Positions 14,835 through 21,735 of a stretch of DNA of 32,000 nt are shown in pieces. Positions within the stretch are counted from its first letter, which is position 1. Each line of letters starts with the position of its first letter. This DNA comes from Candidatus Nanogingivalaceae bacterium (GTDB lineage Bacteria; Patescibacteriota; Saccharimonadia; Saccharimonadales; Saccharimonadaceae): positions 300,001-332,000 of the forward strand of contig CP072208.2 in assembly GCA_015257795.3 (NCBI GenBank), written 5' to 3'. The notes under the pieces were generated by a model. That model was not told the origin of the DNA. It saw only the letters and a list, made by a program, of their open reading frames with translations, and made no database searches. The position numbers and the translations under genes are program-made.

Positions 14835-16796
14835 ATGGCAAAAACAGCGATTTTAAGTAATGGAAATTTAAATATTGGCCTAAATGAATTCGGTTTGGTT
14901 AGTGATTTTTATTTTCCAGATAACGGATATGAAAATCACACTCTTGGCCGCGATCTTTTTCATCGCGTTGGTATTAAAATTGGTGATGAATTTTCGTGGC
15001 TGCAAAATGGCGGTTGGCAATTCTCTTCTGAATATTTCGAAGATGCATTAATCTCTAAAACCGAAGCAACAAACAATAATTTGCAGATAAAAATCACGTT
15101 TACAGATTTTGTAGTTAGTGATTTTGATGTTTTTGCGCGTAAAATTCAGGTGCAAAATCTTGCGAATTATCCGCGTGAAGTTCAGCTATTTTTGCATCAA
15201 AATTTTGCAATTAACAGCAGTTTTCATTTAGCTGATACTGTACAATTTTTACCTCTTGAAGATGATGAAAAGGCAATTTTGCATTACCGCGGAAAACGTG
15301 CATTTATTATTTCTGCACAAAAAGTTGGCGGCGACTTTAATCAAAAAAGCTTTAAAGATTTTGACCAACATACGGTTGGACTATTTGGAATTGAAGGCAA
15401 ACTTGGCTCTTGGTGCGATGCCGAAGATGGAATTCTTTCTGGTTCAAATGTTGAACATGGTCAAACCGACTCAGTACTCGGTTTTAACTTCTCTCTGGGC
15501 GTTTTCGAAAGCGCAGATTTTCAATATTCTATTTCTTGCGCAGATGATCACCAACTTGCTTTAACGAATTTTCAAAAAATGCGAGATGAAGGTTTTTCGA
15601 AAGCCTTGTCTGAAACTAAAAAATCTTGGCAAAAGTGGCTTGCTCCAGCTTTGCGTTTTTCGAAAAAACTAGATCTAAAATATCAGAAAAAATTTATTCA
15701 AAGCCTAATGCTAGTTAAGTCTCATCTTGCAAAAACTGGTGCTCCTATTGCAAGCAATGACAGCGAAATGCTTAACTATGCCCGAGATGATTATTCTTAT
15801 TGTTGGCCACGAGATGCACTTTTTGCGATTTGGCCTTTGATTCGGCTCGGATATCGTGATGAGCCGCAAAGATTTTTCACTTTTTGCAAGAATTCCCTTA
15901 CGCCGGGCGGTTTTATGATGCATAAGTATTTGCCAAACGGCGAGCTTGGCCCTAGCTGGCATCCATACTCTCAAGGTGGCGAAACGCGAAACCTACCAAT
16001 TCAGATTGATGAAACTGCTGGAATCCTATTCCTGTTTGCGCAATACTATAAAAAATTTCGCGATAATTCTATTTTGGATGAATTTTACGAAGATTTAGTG
16101 AAGCCGATTGCGGATTTTTTGGTTGATTTTTGTGGTGAAAATAATCTACCAAAGCCTAATTATGAGCTTTGGGAGATGGATTTTCTTTCAACGACTTATT
16201 CGACGTCGGTTGTTTTTGCAGCTCTTTATTCGGCCTCAAATTTAGCACAACAGCTCAATCGTGCGCGAGATGCTAAAAAATGGCGAGATCAAGCTTTGAA
16301 GATTCGAACTTCGGCGCAGAATGAACTATTTAATCCAGAAAATAACTATTTTTATCGAGGAATTTGGCCGAACGGTGAGAAGGATTCGAAAATCGATGCC
16401 TCAAGTTTTTATGGAGCCTTTATATTTAATCTTTTCGATTTTAAGGGTGAAAAGCTTCATAGGGCATTTAATGTACTCGAAAAACGTTTTAACGTAGATA
16501 GTCAAATTGGTTTGCCACGCTTTGAAAGTGATGTTTACTATCGCTTTAGTGATGACTATGAAGCGAATATTTGGCCTATTACAACACTTTGGCGTGCTGA
16601 GTTTTATATCGCTCGAGGTGAAATTTTAAAAGCAAAAGAGATTTTAGATTGGGTTTCAGATCAACAAACATCAACAGGGATCTTGCCTGAACAAATTGAC
16701 CCACGTGATTTGAAGCACCTTTCTGTGGCGCCACTCACATGGTCTCAGGCGGAATATGTCTCAGCTCTGCTGGATTTGATAGCTTCTGAAGAATAG
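14835..16796 (+). CDS. glycoside hydrolase family 15 (glucoamylase/glucodextranase-like)
   Basis: Track ORF 14811.. trimmed to the ATG at 14835 (MAKTAILSNG), which has GAGGT upstream and starts 1 nt after the GH57 stop. Motifs YSYCWPRDA, LPEQIDP and APLTWSQAEYV are typical of bacterial/archaeal GH15. Confidence 0.85.
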   Translation: MAKTAILSNGNLNIGLNEFGLVSDFYFPDNGYENHTLGRDLFHRVGIKIGDEFSWLQNGGWQFSSEYFEDALISKTEATNNNLQIKITFTDFVVSDFDVFARKIQVQNLANYPREVQLFLHQNFAINSSFHLADTVQFLPLEDDEKAILHYRGKRAFIISAQKVGGDFNQKSFKDFDQHTVGLFGIEGKLGSWCDAEDGILSGSNVEHGQTDSVLGFNFSLGVFESADFQYSISCADDHQLALTNFQKMRDEGFSKALSETKKSWQKWLAPALRFSKKLDLKYQKKFIQSLMLVKSHLAKTGAPIASNDSEMLNYARDDYSYCWPRDALFAIWPLIRLGYRDEPQRFFTFCKNSLTPGGFMMHKYLPNGELGPSWHPYSQGGETRNLPIQIDETAGILFLFAQYYKKFRDNSILDEFYEDLVKPIADFLVDFCGENNLPKPNYELWEMDFLSTTYSTSVVFAALYSASNLAQQLNRARDAKKWRDQALKIRTSAQNELFNPENNYFYRGIWPNGEKDSKIDASSFYGAFIFNLFDFKGEKLHRAFNVLEKRFNVDSQIGLPRFESDVYYRFSDDYEANIWPITTLWRAEFYIARGEILKAKEILDWVSDQQTSTGILPEQIDPRDLKHLSVAPLTWSQAEYVSALLDLIASEE

Positions 16797-16811
16797 AAAC
16801 ACAGAATAAAT

Positions 16812-16836
16812 AAAAGCGCCCAATTGAGCGCTTTTT
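16812..16836. terminator. bidirectional terminator between the GH15 gene and rpmG
   Basis: Hairpin aaagcgc/gcgcttt (16813-16834) flanked by A- and T-runs. Confidence 0.65.
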
Positions 16837-16840
16837 ATTA

Positions 16841-17047
16841 TTAACCTTTTCGTGGTTTAACTTCGTTTCGACCAAGAGATTTTTTAGTCTCTGTGAAAAC
16901 TTCGTGTTTTCGTGTCTTTGGGTTGTATTTTCGCAAAGAAAGTTTCTCGGGTGTATTTTGAGTATTTTTGCGAGTGTAATAAATTCGATGACCTGTAGCT
17001 TCACTTACAAGGCCAATAATCTTTCGTTTCGTATTCTTTTTAGCCAT
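16841..17047 (-). CDS. rpmG: 50S ribosomal protein L33 (cysteine-less form) with a short basic C-terminal extension
   Basis: 68 aa. GLVSEATGHRIYYTRKNTQNTPEKLSLRKYNPKTRKHEVFTETK aligns by eye with E. coli L33 ([44 protein letters not shown]). Confidence 0.9.
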   Translation of the reverse strand: MAKKNTKRKIIGLVSEATGHRIYYTRKNTQNTPEKLSLRKYNPKTRKHEVFTETKKSLGRNEVKPRKG

Positions 17048-17082
17048 AATCTCTCTTAAATTTATTATTTACGTTCTGTTCT

Positions 17083-17111
17083 ATTCTATCACAGGAATTC
17101 ATAAAAAGCAA
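17083..17111 (-). promoter_or_regulatory. promoter of rpmG
   Basis: Minus strand: TTGCTT (17111-17106), 17-nt spacer, TGa-TAGAAT (-10 at 17088-17083). Confidence 0.5.
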
Positions 17112-17127
17112 GTATTTCAAGCAAAGA

Positions 17128-17156
17128 TTGACATATTAGCTTAGTTATGATATAAT
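17128..17156 (+). promoter_or_regulatory. consensus sigma70 promoter placed for a leaderless mRNA of the 96-aa gene
   Basis: TTGACA (17128-17133), 17-nt spacer, TGa-TATAAT (-10 at 17151-17156), then 7 nt to the ATG at 17164. No SD. Confidence 0.65.
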
Positions 17157-17163
17157 TTAAACC

Positions 17164-17454
17164 ATGAATGACTTTTTGAAATTTATCCAAAGAATTTTAA
17201 GTTTAAACAACGAACGCGTTATTTTGCAGCGTTTTTACCTCTGTTTGGCATTTTTTGGTTTTGCTGTTGCAAGCTTTTTAAATATTTTCGAAAATTCAAT
17301 TAGTCGAACAATTTTACTTATTACGGTATCATCTTTGATTGTCTTCTTGATGAACGCTATCGTTTGGACTCTTGGTGAAGCCCTAAAAAATAATTTTCTT
17401 TTAAAAAACAACAAAAGAACAAAAGACTCCAGCAAATCAGCAAAAAACAAATAA
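17164..17454 (+). CDS. hypothetical small membrane protein (96 aa, 2 TM, Lys-rich tail)
   Basis: ORF directly downstream of a consensus promoter. Two hydrophobic segments (FYLCLAFFGFAVASFL, ILLITVSSLIVFLMNAIVW). Confidence 0.55.
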   Translation: MNDFLKFIQRILSLNNERVILQRFYLCLAFFGFAVASFLNIFENSISRTILLITVSSLIVFLMNAIVWTLGEALKNNFLLKNNKRTKDSSKSAKNK

Positions 17455-17464
17455 TTTATTTTGA

Positions 17465-17647
17465 CTAAAATAGAACTGTTTCTTTAATCCAAAGCTGTTC
17501 GTAGTCTTTGTTTTCTTTTTCTAACTGTTTGGAGATTTGAATCATTGCATCTAGGCGTTCGGCCGCATCTTTAATGTCAAATTTATCTAAAACCTTAAAG
17601 AAATATTTATTTCCGATTCGATATTTCATTATTGTTACTGTTTTCAT
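17465..17647 (-). CDS. hypothetical small protein (60 aa)
   Basis: Strong SD (GAGGAG, 2 nt before the ATG at 17647). No recognisable motif. Confidence 0.5.
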   Translation of the reverse strand: MKTVTIMKYRIGNKYFFKVLDKFDIKDAAERLDAMIQISKQLEKENKDYEQLWIKETVLF

Positions 17648-17743
17648 AACTCCTCTTTTTTGACTATTATTTTATAGCTCATATTCTAACATATAAGGCT
17701 TAAAAGTGCAAACTTAATAAAAGGAAATATTATTTCAATAATA

Positions 17744-17773
17744 TTGACATCTGAACACTTTTTATGGTAGAAT
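17744..17773 (+). promoter_or_regulatory. promoter of tRNA-Thr
   Basis: TTGACA (17744-17749), 18-nt spacer, TGg-TAGAAT (-10 at 17768-17773). The tRNA starts 16 nt downstream. Confidence 0.55.
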
Positions 17774-17789
17774 TTATTATAGTTTATTT

Positions 17790-17865
17790 GCCGCGATAGC
17801 TCAGTTGGTAGAGCGCATTCATGGTAAGGATGAGGTCTCGGGTTCAAGCCCCGATCGTGGCTCCA
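17790..17865 (+). tRNA. trnT: tRNA-Thr (anticodon GGT), CCA end encoded
   Basis: Hand-folded cloverleaf: acceptor GCCGCGA/TCGTGGC (one G-T pair), D arm GCTC-AGTTGGTA-GAGC, anticodon arm CATTC-ATGGTAA-GGATG, T arm TCGGG-TTCAAGC-CCCGA, discriminator T, then CCA. 76 nt. Confidence 0.92.
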
Positions 17866-17899
17866 AGAAATTATCTATTTCTTGGCAATCTACGAAAAA

Positions 17900-18808
17900 T
17901 CAAATACCGCACTCTGTTGATACAGAGAAATGCGGCTTTTTTATTGTTCCGATCGAGGCAGTCTTTTGTTTCTGCCTTGCATCCATAATGCGGTTATTCA
18001 AGTCAATTCGGCTACTTTCAATTTGCGAATCCACGTTATTTAGTGCATCTTGGCGGTTTGTTTCCCAGTCTTTCTTGTTCTTGTTGTATGCATTAGTTGC
18101 ACTAGCAAACTCCAAGTCTTGGTTTCGGCGATCTCGGGCGAAAGCATCTTGTGCGCTTCCAGCGTTTCGGCTCGCTTCCAAGCCAACCGCCCAAGGAGCA
18201 ACAATTTGTGCTGCACTTGAATCTCCCGCTCCACCTGCTGCAAACATTTGGCGCAAAGAGTTCGTTTGGTTGTTTGCGTCTTCCATGATTTGTGAACGCA
18301 CTGCACGGTTTTGAGCTTCCGAGTCTCGTTTGTTCATCTCATAGGCGCCCTTGCTTTGGGTGTAGCTGTTTTCAAGGTCGTTTAGCTGGTTAGCGTAGTT
18401 ATTTTCAACGTTACCACGCCAAATGTCCCGTTGGCGATCCAATCTGCCCAAGCCTTCAGCCGCCACCCGTTCTTGTTCACGATATTTTGCAATCTCATCT
18501 GCCCTTGCTCGAGCTTCTGCTGCCACTTGAGGGTTGTATGATCCACCACCGCCTTGAGGCTTTACATAATGTCCTCGTGTCTTATCTGCCCACCAGTTAT
18601 ACAACTCTTGCATTCCTCCACTCAAGTTTGCTTGAGTCTGGTTGGCGTATTCTGGGTTTTGTGCCATTTTTCTAAAGTCACCATTGCCATCATTACCCAC
18701 ATATGGCAAGAATTTTTCATAGCCATTTGCCGCCAAAAAACCACGGAAGTCTTTATTACCACTGTACTTATTTGGATCTAAACCGTTATAGTTATCAATA
18801 TAGCCCAT
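17900..18808 (-). CDS. hypothetical low-complexity N/Q/D/R/A-rich protein, probable coiled coil (302 aa), in a GC-rich islet
   Basis: AAGGAG SD 7 nt before the ATG at 18808. No signal peptide or TM segment seen. Gly-rich patch GGGGSYNPQ and long polar heptad-like stretches. The last 13 codons run into the AT-rich terminator hairpin. Confidence 0.6.
   Translation of the reverse strand: MGYIDNYNGLDPNKYSGNKDFRGFLAANGYEKFLPYVGNDGNGDFRKMAQNPEYANQTQANLSGGMQELYNWWADKTRGHYVKPQGGGGSYNPQVAAEARARADEIAKYREQERVAAEGLGRLDRQRDIWRGNVENNYANQLNDLENSYTQSKGAYEMNKRDSEAQNRAVRSQIMEDANNQTNSLRQMFAAGGAGDSSAAQIVAPWAVGLEASRNAGSAQDAFARDRRNQDLEFASATNAYNKNKKDWETNRQDALNNVDSQIESSRIDLNNRIMDARQKQKTASIGTIKKPHFSVSTECGI
17907..17942. 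terminator. terminator hairpin after tRNA-Thr (also overlaps the 3' end of the minus-strand 302-aa ORF)
   Basis: Compound stem ccgca-ctctg / cagag-(aaa)-tgcgg (17907-17935) followed by cttttttatt. On the minus strand it is followed by tatttgattttt. Confidence 0.55.
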
Positions 18809-18846
18809 ATATTCTCCTTATTTCTATTTGGGAGATGATTCAAGGC

Positions 18847-19443
18847 TTATAAAGGCTCGCAAAAATGCTGTACCACACGAAACTGGTGGCGCTCTTTGTC
18901 CCACCAATCCAAGGCTATACCTGAATATTTATATTTCGGGTTCAATATTGCTTCACGGTGTCCATCAGTACTTTCCATCCACGACTTAACTTCCACTTCT
19001 GACATATCTCTCTCTAAATAAGCATAGTAACTTCCGGCGTTGATATTCTCACCATACTCCTTACAGTGTTTATCACTATAAGTGTTATCCATTAAGAACT
19101 GCCCTGTCTTTGGGTTTTTGTGAGCATAGTAATCATTCTTAATCATATCTTCAACTTTAAGCCTTGCATCGTTGTCAATCTCAGGCGCACGCACTAAAGG
19201 AGCAATCCCTCTTTGGGTTCGCTCTTTGTTCACAAGTTCAAATATCTTGTCAGCGGTTGGTCTCTCTTGTAATTTTGTAGGCTTTTTCTCGTGATATTCA
19301 ACTGGCTTATTCAACAGCTTGTCATGTCCTGTTATTTTAGCCACCTTATCCGGAAAAGCAAGCGTGTATACCAAAGCCCCAACTAGCCCCAAAACGACCA
19401 GCCCAAGCATACCACACACAGCTATCTTCCGCATATCTTTCAT
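18847..19443 (-). CDS. membrane-anchored CAP/SCP (PR-1, YkwD-like) domain protein
   Basis: 198 aa. N-terminal TM/signal-anchor (IAVCGMLGLVVLGLVGALVYTLAF). CAP-domain pattern VNKERTQRGIAPL ... YYAHKNP ... YGENI ... VKSWMESTDGHREAILNPKYKYSGIAL. Confidence 0.75.
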   Translation of the reverse strand: MKDMRKIAVCGMLGLVVLGLVGALVYTLAFPDKVAKITGHDKLLNKPVEYHEKKPTKLQERPTADKIFELVNKERTQRGIAPLVRAPEIDNDARLKVEDMIKNDYYAHKNPKTGQFLMDNTYSDKHCKEYGENINAGSYYAYLERDMSEVEVKSWMESTDGHREAILNPKYKYSGIALDWWDKERHQFRVVQHFCEPL

Positions 19444-19449
19444 ATCCTG

Positions 19450-19478
19450 ATATTACTCCAATCCTTCCCAAAAATCAA
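19450..19478 (-). promoter_or_regulatory. sigma70-type promoter placed for a leaderless CAP-protein mRNA
   Basis: Minus strand: TTGATT (19478-19473), 17-nt spacer, TAATAT (19455-19450), then 6 nt to the ATG at 19443. Confidence 0.45.
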
Positions 19479-19513
19479 CCCCTACAGCCATTGTCGCACA
19501 TTTAATATCAATT

Positions 19514-19537
19514 AAAACAGCCCTTTCGAGCTGTTTT
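19514..19537 (-). terminator. terminator after rplO
   Basis: Hairpin aaaacagc/gctgtttt (19514-19537), 19 nt downstream of the rplO stop. The stem-closing T-run continues into T-rich sequence on the minus strand. Confidence 0.5.
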
Positions 19538-19555
19538 AAGCAATTTCAAGAAGAA

Positions 19556-20020
19556 TTATTTTTCTTCTTTTACTGATTTTTTCAAAGGTGTAGCAACTTT
19601 TTCAAATTTACCACCAGCTTTTTCGATAGCTTCGATAGCTGATTTTGAAGCTGCTTGAACTTTCAAAGTAACTTTTTCGTTCAATTCACCTCGAGAGATA
19701 ACTTTAACTTTGTGGAAAGGAGTTTCGATATATCCTTCTTCGAATAGTCGGAAGTTGTCAACTTCACCAGCTAGATCATTTAGATGATCAAGATAAACAA
19801 CTTGAGCTGGTTTTCGCAAAGATTTGAATCCTTTAGCTTTTGGAGTTGCTTGAACGAGTGGGTTTTGACCACCTTGGAAAGTTGCACGAAGTTTTTTACC
19901 TGTTCGAGCACCTTGACCTTTTGTACCACGACCAGCAGTTTTACCACGACCAGCAGCGATACCACGACCAGCGCGGATTCGATCTTTATTTGCAGCAACT
20001 TGGAGTTCATTGTATTTCAT
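19556..20020 (-). CDS. rplO: 50S ribosomal protein L15
   Basis: 154 aa. GRGIAAGRGKTAGRGTKGQGARTG glycine/arginine block typical of L15. TAATG overlap with rpsE. Confidence 0.93.
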   Translation of the reverse strand: MKYNELQVAANKDRIRAGRGIAAGRGKTAGRGTKGQGARTGKKLRATFQGGQNPLVQATPKAKGFKSLRKPAQVVYLDHLNDLAGEVDNFRLFEEGYIETPFHKVKVISRGELNEKVTLKVQAASKSAIEAIEKAGGKFEKVATPLKKSVKEEK

Positions 20021-20610
20021 TACTTAGTCTCCTTTTTAGCTTTTTTTGGCGCATTTAGCCATTGGTCTTTAGGTACAAGACTCTTCAAAGCATCAACTGT
20101 TGCATAAGCAATGTTAACTTTGTTTGTTGAGCCAAGAGATTTCGAAAGCATGTTTCGAATACCTGTTACACCAATGATTTGTCGAACAACACCACCAGCG
20201 ATAATACCAGTACCAGGAGCGGCAGGTTTCAAAAGAACGTGTGCACCAGTTACTTTCTTTTCAACTTCGTGTGGAATTGTGTCGCCTTCAAGCGCTATTT
20301 CAACCATATTTTTCTTTGCAACATTTGTTGCTTTAGCGATAGCTGCAGTCACATCTTGACCTTTAGCTACACCAACACCAACTTTGTTTTTGCGGTCACC
20401 CACAACAACAAGAGCTTTAAAGCGGAAGCGTCGTCCACCTTTAACAACACGAGAAACGCGATCAATATTGATTACTAATTCTTCGAATTGCTTTTCTTCG
20501 CGTTCTTGGCGTCGGTTATTGTTTCGGCGGTCGTTTTTTCGACCATTATTTCGACCGTTGTGTCGGTCGTTGTTTCGGCGTGGAGCCTGAGTTTTTTGAG
20601 CTTCAGCCAT
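20020..20610 (-). CDS. rpsE: 30S ribosomal protein S5 with an Arg/Asn-rich N-terminal extension
   Basis: 196 aa. Core RVSRVVKGGRRFRFKALVVVGD...GVGVAKGQDV...GTGIIAGG is typical S5. The first ~40 residues are RRNNDRHNGRNNGRKNDRRNNNRR. Confidence 0.93.
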   Translation of the reverse strand: MAEAQKTQAPRRNNDRHNGRNNGRKNDRRNNNRRQEREEKQFEELVINIDRVSRVVKGGRRFRFKALVVVGDRKNKVGVGVAKGQDVTAAIAKATNVAKKNMVEIALEGDTIPHEVEKKVTGAHVLLKPAAPGTGIIAGGVVRQIIGVTGIRNMLSKSLGSTNKVNIAYATVDALKSLVPKDQWLNAPKKAKKETK

Positions 20611-20612
20611 AA

Positions 20613-20969
20613 TTAGAACTCCAATCCTTCCTTACGAGCAGCATCTGCTAGGGCGTGTAGACGACCTGCATATTGGCGACCATTTCGGTCAAATACTACT
20701 GTATTAATTTTAGCTTTCTTTGCTTTTTTGGCAATTTCTGTACCAATTTTTGCAGCAAGTTCTGTTTTTGAACCTTTAGCTTTTGAACCAACAGTTGTTG
20801 CTGAAACAAGAGTTTTTTGAGCAACGTCGTCGATAAGTTGAGCTGAAACATGCAAATTACTAATAGTTACAGTTAAGCGTGGGCGTTCAGCTGTTCCAGA
20901 AATTTTTGCTCGAACGCGACCTTTTCGCAAAGCTAAGTTTTGTTTCTTAAGTGCTAATGCTTTAGACAT
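20613..20969 (-). CDS. rplR: 50S ribosomal protein L18
   Basis: 118 aa. RVRAKISGTAERPRLTVTISNLHVSAQLIDD ... VVFDRNGRQYAGRLHALADAARKEGLEF is typical L18. Confidence 0.93.
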   Translation of the reverse strand: MSKALALKKQNLALRKGRVRAKISGTAERPRLTVTISNLHVSAQLIDDVAQKTLVSATTVGSKAKGSKTELAAKIGTEIAKKAKKAKINTVVFDRNGRQYAGRLHALADAARKEGLEF

Positions 20970-21505
20970 TACTTACCTGCCTTTCCTGCTTTTCGCAAGA
21001 TAACTTCATCAACATATTTAATACCTTTACCTTTGTATGGTTCAGGTTTCTTCAAAGCGCGGATTTCTGCCGCAGCTTGACCAACAGCTTGCTTGTCGAT
21101 TCCTGCAACTGTAATAACCATTTTATCGTTAGAAAGAGTGATTCCTTCTTTCGCTTTATAGATTACAGGGTGTGAGAAACCAAGTTGCATTTCAAGCTCT
21201 TGTGGATTGTTAGTTTGAACACGGAAACCAACTCCGTTAACTTCCAATTTCTTTTCGAAACCTTTTGTAACACCAATAACGGCATTATTCAAAAGAGCTC
21301 GTTGTAATCCGTGTTGTGCGCGGGCTACGCGTTCGTCATTTTTTCGAACAACTTTTAATGTTGTGCCGTCAAGTTCGACAGTTACGTCTGACAAATGAGG
21401 CACAGTTAGCTCGCCTTTAGCGCCTTTAACTGAAATCTCGTTCTCGTCAATCGTGATTGTCACACCAGCCGGAACCTCAATAGGTAGTTTTCCGATTCGA
21501 CTCAT
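20969..21505 (-). CDS. rplF: 50S ribosomal protein L6
   Basis: Track ORF 20969..21589 trimmed to the ATG at 21505 (MSRIGKLPIEVPAGVTITID...), the conserved L6 N-terminus, with AAAGGA upstream. 178 aa. Confidence 0.92.
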   Translation of the reverse strand: MSRIGKLPIEVPAGVTITIDENEISVKGAKGELTVPHLSDVTVELDGTTLKVVRKNDERVARAQHGLQRALLNNAVIGVTKGFEKKLEVNGVGFRVQTNNPQELEMQLGFSHPVIYKAKEGITLSNDKMVITVAGIDKQAVGQAAAEIRALKKPEPYKGKGIKYVDEVILRKAGKAGK

Positions 21506-21619
21506 TGAACTATTCCTTTCATTTAAAGAGTGTTTGTTTGTTTCGTGCTGGTCATTTCTTCCGAAGAAATGAGGCGCAAAATCTCCCAAATTTCACTCGC
21601 ATTTAATATTAACCTTATA

Positions 21620-21648
21620 ATTTTAGCATAAAAAAACTTTTTTTTCAA
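21620..21648 (-). promoter_or_regulatory. promoter of the rplF-rplR-rpsE-rplO operon
   Basis: Minus strand: TTGAAA (21648-21643), 17-nt spacer, TGc-TAAAAT (-10 at 21625-21620). Predicts a leader of about 105-110 nt. Confidence 0.5.
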
Positions 21649-21660
21649 GCTTTTATCTAC

Positions 21661-21689
21661 TTGAAATATTTGTAAAAAAATTGTATAAT
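21661..21689 (+). promoter_or_regulatory. promoter of the 420-aa orphan gene (back-to-back with the rplF promoter)
   Basis: TTGAAA (21661-21666), 17-nt spacer, TATAAT (21684-21689). AGGAGG SD 8 nt before the ATG at 21736. Confidence 0.55.
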
Positions 21690-21735
21690 AACAATTATCT
21701 ACTTTTAGCGCACTTTATCATAGGAGGAATAAATT

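Noticed and set aside
17805-18314. 169-aa plus-strand ORF (also 18040..18306, 18487..18675 and 18554..18781)
   Set aside because: The 169-aa ORF starts inside tRNA-Thr and has no SD. These long spurious frames are expected in a GC-richer stretch. The minus-strand 302-aa ORF has an AAGGAG SD and fits an operon with the CAP gene.
19455-19468. 14-nt exact repeat ACTCCAATCCTTCC, also at 20618-20631 (3' end of rplR), considered as a possible att-like or duplicated junction sequence
   Set aside because: My rough estimate is that a few 14-mer matches are expected by chance among all position pairs in 32 kb of biased DNA. The second copy is ordinary coding sequence (…EGLEF stop), and the repeat does not flank the islet.
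17866-19513. Calling the GC-rich islet a mobile element or prophage
   Set aside because: There is no integrase, transposase or phage hallmark gene, and I could not find a direct repeat of the tRNA-Thr 3' end at the far boundary. It is reported only as a compositional islet.
21506-21589. 28-codon N-terminal extension of L6 in the track ORF
   Set aside because: The conserved L6 N-terminus MSRIGK begins at 21505 with an SD-like AAAGGA. The upstream part contains a perfect hairpin and looks like 5' UTR.
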